A stretch of DNA of 64,000 bases from Octopus vulgaris (GCA_951406725.2 OX597835.1:30876001-30940000); one strand, 5' to 3'; shown: positions 17,084 through 31,115, counted from the first letter of the stretch. Notes: generated from the letters alone by a model not told the origin. Program-made: numbers and translations.

Positions 17084-18090
17084 TATTTATTTATTTATTT
17101 CTCCTTTTGTCCCCGCATCTCTTTCTTCCCATTTCTTTTGATGTTTTGCTTTAAAAACATTTTCTATCATTTATCCTTCATACATCTCTTTAGTTTTAGC
17201 AAATCATTTATTTTTCTCGTGTTTTTTCTTTCGATCTCTTTCACCTTCTTTTTTTCTTTTTTCGTTCTTTCTTTCTTTCTTTCTTTCTTCCCTCCTTTCT
17301 TTCTTTTCTTCTTTCTTTCTACCCTTCTTTCGTTCTTCTTCTTTCCTTCCCTCCTTTCTTTCTTTCTTTCTTTCCTTCTTCATTTATTTATTCTTTTCCT
17401 CCTCTCTTCCTTTTTTTTAATTTTCTTCCTTCCATCGTTCCTTTAGTCCTCCCCTTTCTTCTTCCTTTCTTTCATTCTTTCTTTTTCTTTCTTTTCCTTT
17501 TTCTCTCTCTCTTCATCTTTCCTTTCTTTCTTTCCTTCTTTCCTCTCTGTTTTCTTCCTTCTTGCCTTCCATCCTTCCTTCCCTTCGTTTTCTATTTTAA
17601 TTCCTTTTTCCTTCCTTTCTTCCTTCTTTTTCTTTCTTCTTTCCTTCCTTCCTTCCTTCCCTTCGTTTTCTTCCTTTCTTCCTCCCTTCTTTTTTCATCC
17701 CTCCCTTCTTCTTCCTTCCTTCCTTCATTCCCTTCGTTTTCTAATTTAATTCCTTCCTTTCTCCTTCCATATATTTCCCACTCCCTTTAATTAGTCACTT
17801 ACCTTCTCTTCGTCCCCATCTTCCTTACTTTTCTTTTTCTGCCGTCTTCCTTGTTTTTATGTGTTTTCGTATTTCCTTACCCTTCGTTCTTTTCTCTCAA
17901 TATATCTCTCACCTTACCTCCCCTCTAGCTGTATCATCCCCCCTCTCTCTCTCCCCGGGCGTATATGATCTCACAATCTTTTACCTCTGACTATCACTTT
18001 TCCATGTTCTCTCCCCTTTGTTCAACTCCTTTCTCTCTTCATATAATGGTCTTTCCAAACAGATGTATTATGCACCTCTTCTCCTTCTTT
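16830..18090. repeat. About 1.2-kb polypyrimidine (CTTT/CCTT) low-complexity tract
   Basis: Direct reading. Confidence 0.9.
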
Positions 18091-18246
18091 TTCGTACGTA
18101 TGTAGATATATGCATAGATAGATAGACTGTCAGCAAATATAGATGTTCACTTGCAGTATATATACACAACACGCAAACACACACACATGTATATACATAG
18201 ATACGCACATACATACATACGTACATACACATACATATATATTATA

Positions 18247-18474
18247 TATTTCTTTATTGCCCACAAGGGGCTAAACATAGAGGGGGAAAACAAAGACAGA
18301 CAAACGGATTAAGTCGACTACATCGACCCCAGTGCGAAACTGGTACTTTATTTATCGACCCCGAATGGATGAAAGGCAAAGTCTACCTCACCGGAATTTG
18401 AACTCAGAACGTAATGACAGACGACATACCGCTAAGCATTTAGCCCGGCGCGCTAACTCGTCTACCAGCTCGCC
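18247..18474 (-). mobile_element. SINE family 2 (tRNA head plus Meta/MESC-like core), full length
   Basis: Minus strand ggcgagctgg...gagttcaaattcc...gcctttcatcc..ggggtcgataaa..agtaccag...aataaagaaa; domain name from recall. Confidence 0.85.
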
Positions 18475-18492
18475 GTACATACACATACATAT

Positions 18493-18812
18493 ACATGGTT
18501 CCGGGTTCAGTCTATAGCCTCGGGCCGAACAATGCCTTGTGAATTGATTTGGTAGACGAAAACTGAAAGATATATAGATATATGCGCGTGTGTGTTTGTG
18601 TGTGTGTGTGTATGTATATTTGGGTTTGTCCCCCCCAACATCTCTTGACAACCGATGTTGATGTGCTTAACTTAGTGGTTCGGCAAAAAGAGACTGATAA
18701 AATAAGTACTAGGCTTACAAACAATAGGCCTTGGGTCGATTTGTTAGACTAAAGGCGGTGCTCCTGCATGGCCACAGTCAAATGACTGAAACAAGTAAAA
18801 GAATAAAAGAAT
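18493..18812 (+). mobile_element. SINE family 1, 5'-truncated
   Basis: Matches the 28134-28552 body and tail. Confidence 0.85.
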
Positions 18813-18853
18813 AAATACATATACATATATATTATATATATACATACATATAC

Positions 18854-18933
<80 letters not shown>

Positions 18934-19166
18934 TTAGAGAGAAAGAGAAGGAGGGAGAGAAAGAAAGAGACAGAGGGGGAGAATAAGAGAGATTTAAATG
19001 AAGATAGACATGAAGTGCTAATGAAGAAGGGAATAGACCTTCAGATTGATCTATAAAGCAACTGATCACAGATCGATTAAAGTAGCGATAATTGAACCAA
19101 AAGATATTTATGTAAAGATTCAGGAAGAAAATTTCATAACCATAAAATAGAAGAAAAAAAGAGGGG

Positions 19167-19205
<39 letters not shown>

Positions 19206-19316
19206 ACACACACACAGAGTGATAGGTATGATGTAACTGAAGGAAATGATCAGAATAGATCTATAAATAGACATGTCACAAGAACTAGGAATTACAGACA
19301 AACATGTATAGATATG

Positions 19317-19621
19317 TAGAGGCGCAATGGCCTAGTGGTTAGGGCAGCGGACTCGCGGTCGATGGATCGCGGTTTCGATTCCCAGACCGGGCGTTGTGTG
19401 TGTTTATTGAGCGAAAACACCTAAAGCTCCACGAGGCGCCGGCAGGGAGTGTTGGCGACCCCTGTTGTACTCTTTCGCCACAACTTTCTCTCACTCTTTC
19501 TTCCTGTTTCTTGAGTAACTCTGCAATGGACTAACGTCCCGTCCAGTTTGGGGGGAACATATACGCCATAGAAACCACGAAAACGGGACCATGAGCCTGA
19601 CTAGGCTTGAAAAGGGAGCAT
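19317..19621 (+). mobile_element. SINE family 3, tail type B (Nin-domain-like)
   Basis: Same tRNA-like head as the 13964 copy; tail gcaatggactaacgtcccgtccag...tacgccatagaaacc resembles the Nin/Deu SINE core (from recall). Confidence 0.85.
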
Positions 19622-19642
19622 AAATAAATGTATACATACATA

Positions 19643-19729
<87 letters not shown>

Positions 19730-19731
19730 AT

Positions 19732-19800
19732 AGGTGCCACGCGGTAGGACTGAACCCGGAAACCACATGGTTGGGAAGTAAACTTATTACCACACAGACA
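19732..19800 (-). mobile_element. SINE family 1 head fragment
   Basis: aggtgccacgcggtaggactgaacccgg...ttaccacacag. Confidence 0.75.
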
Positions 19801-20310
19801 CACCTAGTAAGTGTCTGTGCATATGTATATATGTGTGTGTGTGTGTGTGTGTGATATAAATGCATATTACACACACACACAAACGCATAAACACACACAC
19901 TCAAGCGTAGGTGCACACAAGCACATTAATACACTCTCCCGCTCACACATACATACACAGACTCCCGATCCACCATAAATTTACTAGAAAAGCTAGTCAA
20001 AGCCCTCTTTAAATTTCAAGACCACTTTGCTCTTAACCGTGTCGGCCATTTTTAATTTATATTTTTCCACAACAGTAAAACTCCCACACATTCTACCCCG
20101 ACACCAACCACGAGACTATTCGTACCACCATAACCCTAATCTACCCATCCCCGTTCCCTGCTGTCCCCTTGCTCTTTTAACGGCGCACCCAGCTCCCTGT
20201 AACTCTTAATGGTTGACAAATATCTTCAACATAGGGGTCGAAAAATCAAGCGGGGCAATTGAGAACTGCTGGAAGCAAATTGGAAGTCATCAATCCATTT
20301 AGAATGAAAA

Positions 20311-20394
<84 letters not shown>

Positions 20395-20596
20395 ACACAC
20401 ACACACATCCACACATAAAAATTAATACATTCATATATGTATATATACATACATACACATGCCTGCCTAGAAATACGTACATATGCACTAAATTGCATGT
20501 ATCTATGTACACACACATTTCTCTCTCACATACACATACATATATATATTTACATACATATATATATATACATACATATATACATACATACATATA

Positions 20597-20768
<172 letters not shown>

Positions 20769-20942
20769 TTCATAGTAATAAAAGCCCGATCCTGTACTTA
20801 TAAACAAGGATGTTTATACAGACACAGAGAAAAACTCACGCACAATCATTCAGGAATATTATGTTTGCAACACACACAAAATTTCTTGCAATTTACACCA
20901 CATAAGACCTCTCTCTCTATCTCTCTCTCTCTCTCTCTCAAT

Positions 20943-20979
<37 letters not shown>

Positions 20980-21419
20980 CTAATTTACAGCCATCAGCCT
21001 CGTAGAAGTACATATAAACACACGCACACATCAATAACGATCACATACATGCATACGCACTTATGTGTGCGTAGGTGTGTTTCTATGAGTGTGTGTTTAT
21101 GTTTGTTTGTCTGTGCATGGGTGTTTATATGTGTGTGCAAATATGTAAAGCCAAAAACAGATTTTTATGGCAAAATATAAGAGTGGTCCCTCTTAATTTG
21201 CTTGCATTAAAATATACAAATGAGTTGCGACGCCCCACGATCTTTCATACTTTTGTGTACACATGTGTGTATGTGTGTGTCTGTGTATATATATATGTAT
21301 ATATATGTATGTCTGTATATATATATATGTATATAATTATATATATATATATATACACATATATATATAAATACACATATATGTGTGTGTGAGTTTGTGG
21401 GTGGGTGTGTTTATGTATG

Positions 21420-21462
<43 letters not shown>

Positions 21463-22224
21463 ACACGCAGAGTCAACATATGAAATGCATACATGCATGG
21501 TACGTACGTACATACTTAAATACATATATACATAGAGATGTACATACATACACACACATATACATACACACATATATAAGTGTGGAAATAATTTCTAATA
21601 AATATAAGCATGACTTGATCTGTATATTCTTAAATTCGGCAGTAAATTGATGTGTGTATAATATATAAGCCTGTGTGTGTGCGTGTACGTGTATGAGTGA
21701 TCGTGTGCGTGCGCACGAGCATCTGTGAGACAATGTGTGGTATACATATACATGTATACACATATATATATGACACATGTACTCGCACAGAATGACGATT
21801 GCTTCGGAGTATATAATTTACAAGCGGCAAGCGATATACTACACACATTCCCAGGAACATCGTCTCACGTGTGTATGTGTGGCGTGTGTACGCGTGTTTG
21901 TGTATGTGTGTGTTGACACACAGGCGCAATCGTCCATCAATTGGACCCAGCTGTGAGACCTCCCACTTAATTTACACTCATCAAAACCTCTGTATAAACA
22001 TGCTTCTAATAAGCGCATGCATTCATAGCTATTTAAGTATAGATACGGACACACATGCATCCACATACATACATGCGTGTATAATTGCACGCAAACAAAA
22101 AATGTAAAGATAAATAATGTGACACTCAAAATGAAGTACACAGAATCATTCATACATGATGCGACACACGAGGAGCCACATGCAAACACAACCACTTATA
22201 CGTATAAATGTATGTATGTATATA

Positions 22225-22288
<64 letters not shown>

Positions 22289-23519
22289 CATATATACATA
22301 CATAGAGTGTATATTGATAGATACATAGATTGGACATACATATATATATAATTATATAAGTATATATATATATATATATATATATGCATATACATACACA
22401 AAAACGTGCACACATGCACGCGGATGCATACACACACGAGCACGCGTGCGTACACACACACATACACACATACATATTGTCAAGAAGGCTTTAGTGAGAA
22501 TTAAAATCAAATGCAGATGTAATTATTTGAAAGTTTTGATTGGGAAATATAAGAATGTAAAATATTTCAGCTATTTCAGTTGGAAAGCGAAAATATCGCC
22601 TACGTTTTCTCACACAATCCGTACATGACATTCAATGATTTTAAGAAATATTCACACAACAGATGCACTCATTCAGAAACATGGAAAAACTCATCGGTCT
22701 TTTTCCACCTCAACTAGATTGATGGATGTTACGTCTCCAATCAGACTTGGAGCCACCTTTAGGGTGACTCAATTTACAAACTCGAGGCTTTTGATTTTCA
22801 ACACCTCACCCAAGAGAAATAGGAGATACTCCCGCAGATTGCTGTATTTATTTATATAAGGACTTACCTATGCTATTGTTTTTGTCACCTGTCATGCTTT
22901 CTATTAGTGAACTTAAAGTCATTACCCGTTGATAGTCCGGAAATCACCCCGTAGATAAAGCTGTTCTACGTACAACGTTCGGGTATATGATTCCTGATAC
23001 CCACAGAGAGATTACATCCCACTACCTGTCGACACACATGCTTGTCACACAAACTCATACGTAACCTGAAACGATCAAACCAATTACGTCTCGATTCTAG
23101 CAAACTGTTGTCACAAATGTATAACATCGTATAAAATGGGGCTCAAAATAACGCCTGTATCTTGTCTGCTCTGTAACGTGGAGCACACATTGAAATACCC
23201 TTAGTGTCTTGTCTTCAGATTGAAGACATTTTTAAATTTCTTTTAAATTCTCCCCACTCTGGCTACGATTATTGTAAAATTTGGAGATGTTCTGAGTCCG
23301 CGAAACTTTAAAAATGAAGAACTCGGCCTACTTATTCAATATATAAGTGGCCAAATTAATATGCTGTCTTGTATTCTTTGCGTCTGATCAGCTTTTCTTA
23401 TATACATATATATATATTGTCTGTGTTTGTGTGTGTGCGCGTGGGTGATCTCGTAATTTCATGATAGTGAAACGTAATTCTTACCCACTCAGCTACAAAA
23501 AAATAAAGGTAGAAAGAAA

Positions 23520-24310
23520 GAAAGAAACTAGTTCTCCGCCACTTACAATGACAGGTGTACCAGCTGATTTGATCAAAAGAACAGCCTGCCCGTGAAATTA
23601 ACTTGCAAGTGGTTGAGCACTCCATAGACATGCGTACCCTAAACGTATGTTTCTTTATTAACCAAACAAAGCTGAACACAGAAGGGAAAAATTACAAAGT
23701 AGAGCTTTTCTTTTTTGGAAGAAAAAAGTTTTTAAATAAAAAAATAAATAATAAAAAATAAAAAAATAAAAGCGGGGTAGGTTTTTGATCAAAAGAGATC
23801 GTAAAAAAAAAGAAAAAAACGATCAATAGGGATCGTGTATCACAGCAATGTCGTGATGTAAAGTGTAAAAGGGAGAACAGAAAAGGTTTATCTGTGGAAA
23901 GAAAACCCTACGGAAAAGACCACGGTAACCGCGGTTAATAATGTCACATGTTAACACATATATTTGCAAGTAACTCTCAGTTTTAAATTTTTCCGAGTTC
24001 ATAGGATTATGCTCAAGGTGGCTTCGTCATTCATACGTGCCATCCTTGCTACATTCACCCATCTTTTTTTGAAATATTCGCAAGACAAAACTTGCCGCTC
24101 TACTCTTTAAAGTAGTTCTCAGGGATATTCAGCGTGACACAGAATATGGCATGGTTGATCCTTTGACTTAGATATACAACTCATTTTTGCCAGCTGAGTA
24201 GGCTAGAGCGACGTAAAAGTTATTTGTCAAGGACACAATGCGCCTCTGGATATCGAACTTACCACCCTAGGATGGCGAGCCGATACTCTAACCACTTAGC
24301 CACTTGCCTT
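23520..24310 (-). mobile_element. tRNA-derived SINE family 4 interrupted by a LINE tail (SINE parts about 23520-23647 and 24112-24310)
   Basis: Minus-strand head tggctaagtggttagag...agttcgatatcc at about 24245-24305; similar 8-mers taaacgta/ttaaagta flank the insert; joining the two halves partly relies on recalled consensus. Confidence 0.65.
23648..24106 (-). mobile_element. 3' end of an L1/Tx1-like LINE
   Basis: Minus strand RVERQVLSCEYFKKRWVNVARMARMNDEATLSIIL* (R.E...F...W C-terminus typical of Tx1 ORF2), then 3' UTR ending AATAAAGAAA. Confidence 0.6.
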
Positions 24311-25494
24311 CCCACTCAACAATATTCGTGCCTTGAGTGCTACATGCATACATGTTTACATAACTACATACAAACACATACATAAATACATATATACATA
24401 TGTACATACATATATGCACACATATCTACATACATGCATGCTTGCATGCATACACGCATACATACATACAGGCATACATGCATACATACGTACATAGATA
24501 ATGATATTTTCACATATACATAAACACACTACTACACACACAGATACAAACAGACCAAACACACACACACACATACACACACACGCACACATATATAAAC
24601 ACATATATCTGCACATACAAGTATTAAAAAATATATACACAAAACTTACAACGTTTCGCCGGTGTTTTAAATGAATATAACATCTATATTAATTCTATAA
24701 ACCTACCCATAACAACAACAAAACGACAACAACCCCAACAATAGCCCCAAAAGGGGAAAAAAACGTATTAAAAAGAAAATATAACGTAAAAGAAAGCATG
24801 TATTTTTTGTAAATAAAACCATAATAAATGGCAAACGGAAACGAGAAAAAATGGCGTCCGGAAGGAAGGAAGGATGAGATTTAGCGGTAGCAATTGTGAT
24901 ATGGCGGATGGGATAATGACTGAGAAGTGGCACTTGAAAGTACGGCACAATATAAAAGAGTAAAAAAGGGAGAGAAACTAAATGGATGACAGAGAGAAGG
25001 AAATGGGGAGAAAGGAACGAAAGACAGGGAGAGAAGAAGAATAATATGAGTGTGATTGAGAGAGAGGAAGATAAATAGACAGAAGGAGGGTGTTGAGAGA
25101 GAGAGAGAGAGAGAGAGAGAGGTGAGTAAGGAGTAATGAGACACAAGTTGAGCTGTGAACTTCCCATGTCGTTTTCCCGCCCATTTTCTGCCATCGTTAT
25201 TATTATTATTAGCGCCATAAAGCATGTTTGTTGTTGATATAACACTCAAACGTGACAACAAACGCGCGATAATTCGCAGACAAAGAGGAAGCAGAAGATG
25301 AGAAAGATGAAGAAGTTGAGGAGAGTTAGCGGAGGGAGAGTGAAGTACATTTGTACAAACTGCATACGTTCGAAGGGGAATGCGTCAGTGGCTTTTTTTT
25401 ACATTTATTTTTATATTATAATTGTTTTTCTGTAAGGAAACTTTTGTATAAATCGCTGCATTTGTATAGTATCTATCTATATATCAATCAATCA

Positions 25495-25639
<145 letters not shown>

Positions 25640-25810
25640 TCCGTCTGTCTGTCTGTCTATCTATATTTCTGTTTATATATATATAACAGATAGATATACA
25701 TGTAGAGATATATTTATTTTTGTCTGTGTATCTTCATATATATATATATACACATATATATATCAAAATACACCGACAAAGTTAAAGATATCTCTCTATA
25801 TAAAATATCT

Positions 25811-25863
<53 letters not shown>

Positions 25864-25908
25864 TATACAAACCTATATATATATGTATATATATATATAC
25901 ATATATAC

Positions 25909-25987
<79 letters not shown>

Positions 25988-25988
<1 letters not shown>

Positions 25989-26225
25989 GGGAAGCTTTAT
26001 GAAAATAGACAAAAGACGACGGCAGGTTTACGGAAATAAACAAAAGACGAAGGCAGGTGGAATACAAACAAACAATTGTATTAGTATGGCGCTCAGGAAA
26101 TATAAATAAAACAAGTCTTTAACGTTTCGAGCCTACGCTCTTCAACAGAAAGATACACAGAGAAAAAACACAGAAAGAAGGAGAGAAAAAAAATGCGTGC
26201 AGAGGCTAGCGAATCAACATGGCGA
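25988..26225 (-). mobile_element. Short Penelope-like element within (TA)n carrying a minimal HHR motif (26116-26153)
   Basis: UCUUU-CUGUUGAA-GAGC GUAG GCUC-GAAA CG UU-AAAGA; homologous to 56687-56875. Confidence 0.7.
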
Positions 26226-26236
26226 TATATATATAG

Positions 26237-26294
<58 letters not shown>

Positions 26295-26296
<2 letters not shown>

Positions 26297-26965
26297 CTGG
26301 CATATACAGGTGCTTACATTTATCAAGTATTCACCCTGAATTTATTGTACCTACCTTAGTATGTGTCTTTCTCTTTTCTTGCCTCTGATTCTTCCCCTCA
26401 CCTTATTTGCACCGTCATTTCTATTGCTGTGCCAATCCTGTTTCTTCTCCCCTCTCTTATTACTCCCTTCTCTCTCTCTCTCTCCCTTTCTTTCCCTCTC
26501 TCTTTAATTCCTTGCTCCCTGCCTTTCTTTTTCTTTCTCTTTCTTCCGTGCTCTCACGTGACCGCGTTCAAACTGGTCATTTCGGCCTCCCCGCGGTCAC
26601 GTTAACGTTGCTTTCGTTTTTGCCGTTGAAGGCTTTTTTCATATACGCCAGCCAAGCGCCCTTGTACTGTCCACCATTCGTGTTTTTTATTTCTGTTTTT
26701 TTATTTCTATTTTTGTTTCTTGTATTTATATTCGTGTGGCATCCTGTCTTTGTTTCGTATACATTCGATCCTCTTTCCAAGAAATCCAATCCCTGTGGCT
26801 TGGTTTTTCCTTGGGGCTGGCCGGGTCGGAGTAATATCGAGATTAAACAGCCGAAATTACTAAGATGATCCGGTTCCCGACTGAAGATTAGAGGCTTCGA
26901 GTGACCCGTCTGTTTTTTGTGTCGTCTCTTTGTGTGTTTTTGCGTACTTGTCCCACTTTGTAATT
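26295..26965 (+). mobile_element. Diverged copy of the 33.7-34.8 kb element (putative non-autonomous Penelope-like)
   Basis: Shares ctcacgtgacc, cagccgaaatt..agatgatc.ggttc..gactga and cttgtccca motifs with the minus strand of 33681-34475; TA-flanked. Confidence 0.65.
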
Positions 26966-26986
26966 TATATTTTATATTTAATTTCT

Positions 26987-27030
<44 letters not shown>

Positions 27031-27048
27031 AGAGACAGACAGACAGAC

Positions 27049-27181
<133 letters not shown>

Positions 27182-27530
27182 TACATACATGTATGAATGT
27201 TTGAGAGCGTTTGAATGTACTAGTATAGATTTTCTATACTCAATACTATTCCTAATCTTTCACCTTGGCAATATCTATAAGTATTAAGTAATATATTTTC
27301 ATTGTTACAGTTGCACACATGCAGACAAATGAATAAATCGTTCATTCTCTTGGAAATGAATGGAGCGAATTCCAGAGATATTTGGCTGCTACTTTTAGGA
27401 CAACAAATATTGGATATATCGAGCATCTCTTGGTAAAATATTATTAACAGTAGCTAGAGATGTATACGAACATATTTGTGATTAACTATCTATCAATCTA
27501 TCTATTTCTCTCTCTCTCTGTCTCTGTCTG

Positions 27531-27617
<87 letters not shown>

Positions 27618-27735
27618 CCAGTTAAAATAATAAAATGGAGATTAGGAAGTAAAAAATTATTCATTATTAAAACGTCACCTTCGATTCTTACGGCCGTTTC
27701 AATTAATACTCAATAATCTAATTACAAGCTTGTAC

Positions 27736-27919
27736 ATTAAATTTGCATTTATGAGACATGAGCATAATTTCATCAGAGAACAAGGATGCACTTTGAGATG
27801 TTATATGCAGTCCTATCAATTTATTTCAGTAGATTCATATAGGTCCGTATATACCATCTCAATGTCGATCTTTTTTCTCTGATGAACTTATACTCATGTC
27901 ACATAAATGCAAATTTAAT
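27736..27919. mobile_element. Palindromic MITE-like element with about 80-bp imperfect arms
   Basis: attaaatttgcatttatgagacatgag...cctat versus atagg...ctcatgtcacataaatgcaaatttaat. Confidence 0.75.
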
Positions 27920-28133
27920 CTTGTCACATAAATGTCACATAAATGCAAATTTACTTGTTTCAGTTATGTGACTGTGGCCATGCTGGAGCACCGCCTTTAA
28001 ATTTATATTTAGATTTAAAATGAGGGTGAGAAGTTAGATTTTACTTTAATTAATTTTACTGAACCTTCTATATATATATATATCCATATACTCATTGACA
28101 ATATATGAATATATTCGTATGGATGTCTAGATA

Positions 28134-28552
28134 GACGTAGGAGTGGCTGTGTGGTAAGTAGCTTGTTTACCAATCACATGGTTCCGGGTTCAGTCCCACT
28201 GCGTGGCACCTTGGGCAAGTGTCTTCTACTATGGCTTCGGGCCGACCAAAGTCTTGTGAGTGGATTTGGTAGACGGAAACGGAAAAGAAGCCTGTCGTAT
28301 ATATGTATATATATATATATGCGTGTGTGTGTGTGTGTGTGTCTGTGTTTGTCCTCCTAGCATTGCTTGACAACCGATGCTGGCGTGTTTATGTCCCCGT
28401 TACTTAGCGGTTCGGCAAAAGAGACCGATAGCATAAGTACTGGGCTTACAAAAGAATAAGTCCCGGGGTCGAGTTGCTCGATTAAAGGCGGTGCTCCAGC
28501 ATGGCCGCAGTCAAATGACTGAAACAAGTAAAAGAGTAAAAAGAGTAAGAGT
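28134..28552 (+). mobile_element. SINE family 1, full length
   Basis: A box tggctgtgtgg, B box ggttcagtccc, ccttgggcaagt core, internal (TA)n(TG)n, tail aagtaaaagagtaaa. Confidence 0.9.
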
Positions 28553-29884
28553 ATATATATGTATGCGTGCGTAGACTTTTGTCCCACTACACTGATACTT
28601 TGGCTATTAGCCCGTTTATATGATAACGTTCGGTTTTCTAAATACCGCACAAACCCTAACACTCATCTGTACAACCACTCGTGTTTGAAGAACCAACGCA
28701 GAAATCTATTTTCCATGGAAAAAAATTCTTCAATTTTTAGAATCGCTTTCCTCCCCTTCTCTTCACACACACACACACACACACAAGCATAGGGAAAGAA
28801 ACAAATACATAAATGTAATAATGAGGGAATGTTAAAAAGAGGGGCTATTCATGTCCTTTACTACCCCCCCTCTTTCTCTCTCTCTCTCTCTCTCTCTCTG
28901 TCAACAACCATGAAATACTCAAGACAGGCAAAACCATACCATGAAATCTCTTCAAAAGACCGATCTTAATTTACCATGAAATTTGGTATCACCCATCCCT
29001 ATCTCTAGACCTCCCTCATTTGCTCATCCCTTCTACGGGTACATGCACTTCAGTCCCTTTGGTTTCATCCACCACCACCGCCGCCGTCTCCGTAGCCACC
29101 ACCATCACCACCACAACCACCACCAAAAGCAACAACAACTAGGGCAACAATAACAGCAAGGACAACTGTAACAACAGCAACAAACAACACCTGCCCAACC
29201 AAGACCACCACTACAGACAACTCTACCACTGTCAACACCACCCATGGTAATACCATCACCATAACCAACGTTACAACCGTCACTACCACCACCATAACAA
29301 TAACAACAGCAAACAAAAAATGCCACCTGCACTACCATGACCACCACTGTCTACAACACCACCAACATCACCATTACTCATATCAGCGCTATCAGCGTGT
29401 CCCAGCTACATCCCCCTTTCACTACCGCTACCACCATCAAAACACCACCACCATTATAATCACTATTACCAAATCTAACTCGCTATGGACTTCAACACAA
29501 CCACCACCACCACCAATTCCGCCATTTTCATCGACACAAAACAGAGTTGCTACATGGCCTCTCAGCCTGCTAGACATGGCAGTCAATACATATTGAAATT
29601 ACACCCTCACTGAAAGAAAGAATGGTTTAGACGGTAGCCTTAAATTCCTTTTAAAAGAGAGGATAGCCATCTAAATGGAATGCATTCAATCATAGAGAAA
29701 GAAAATCGCCAACGATACTCACGCGTTGCCACTGCGTGGTACCTTGGGCAAATGTATGCTATTGCCTTGGATCGACCAAAGACTTGTTCGCGGATTTGGT
29801 ACACAGAAACCGCTGTATGTGCGCGTGTGTGTGTGTGTGTATGTATGTGTTCGTGTTGTGTATGTGCCTGTATATGTTTTTGAT

Positions 29885-30476
29885 GGATCTTTTCGGTTTG
29901 AACAGCAGTTTTTCCTAGCGGTGTCATATGAAATTGTCACCCATAATTATGACCCTAGAATCGATCTATTGCATATCAATCTCTTTTAGGGTTAGGGTTA
30001 GTTAGGGTTAGGGTTAGGGGTAGGGAAAGGGTATCTTATTTTTCTTCACAAATGTAAATAAACCCAATCTGTTTCTTAAACGAGGGATATATTCATACGG
30101 CACAGAATGCTTTTTAACTCAATAGACGTCACTGATTGGTTGAAATTGCAGAAATTGAAGAAGAAAAACAACATATCTTAAAAACTATAGAATTTTCTCA
30201 ATAAAGCCAAGAGAAAAATATGTTTTATAAACACATTCTACAAGTATACGAAGTTTAAAATTTTTTAGTTATTCTCTCTCTTTTTACTCTTTTACTTGTT
30301 TCATTGATTTGACTGCGGCCATGCTGGAGCACCGCCTTTAGTCGAGCAAATCGACCCCGGGACTTATTCTTTGTAAGCCGAGTACTTATTCTATCGGTCT
30401 CTTTTGCCGAACCGCTAAGTGACGGGGACGTAAACACACCAGCATCGGTTGTCAAGCAATGCTAGGGGGACAAACA

Positions 30477-30554
<78 letters not shown>

Positions 30555-30739
30555 TACGACAGGCTTCTTTCAATTTCCGTCTACCAAATCCACTCACAAG
30601 GCATTGGTCGGCCCGGGGCTATAGCAGAAGACACTTGCCCAAGATACCACAGTGGGACTGAACCCGGAACCCAGTGGTTGGTTGGCAAGCTACTTACCAC
30701 ACATTATGTTAAAAACTGCCGTTCAAACCGAAAAGATCC
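29885..30739. mobile_element. MITE with 29-bp TIRs, 8-bp TSD and internal TTAGGG repeats, interrupted by a SINE
   Basis: TIR ggatcttttcggtttgaac(a/g)gcagttttt at 29885-29913 and 30711-30739 (28/29 match); flanks tttttgat/tttttgac. Confidence 0.85.
30278..30703 (-). mobile_element. SINE family 1 nested in the MITE
   Basis: Reverse complement of 28134-28552 lacking the first ~15 nt. Confidence 0.9.
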
Positions 30740-31046
30740 TTTTTGACTAGTGTTCCTACATACGCACCATGTCTACAAGTGCAAAGCCGAATACTAAAAC
30801 AATTCCCTCATTCTCGAGAAAATGAGAACTAGAAGAATGAGGTGTCCTTAAAACCACAACTGAAAACAAATATAAACACTGTGTGGATAAATACACAGAT
30901 TGACGCTTGAATGAATCGCTCCCTACCAAAGTTCTGCGACACTGATTCTGGATAAATAAGCACCTCTCCTCCCGCCCCTCTTAAGTTTTCACTTTGGCTC
31001 TTCCAAAATGCTAGCCACCACTTACATTTTACTGTGTAATAATAAC

Positions 31047-31115
<69 letters not shown>

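Noticed and set aside
19317-19395. tRNA gene
   Set aside because: The tRNA-like head continues into a SINE body shared with other copies; no clean cloverleaf or terminator
29984-30025. True telomere or chromosome-fusion scar
   Set aside because: Only a few imperfect units, located inside a TIR element
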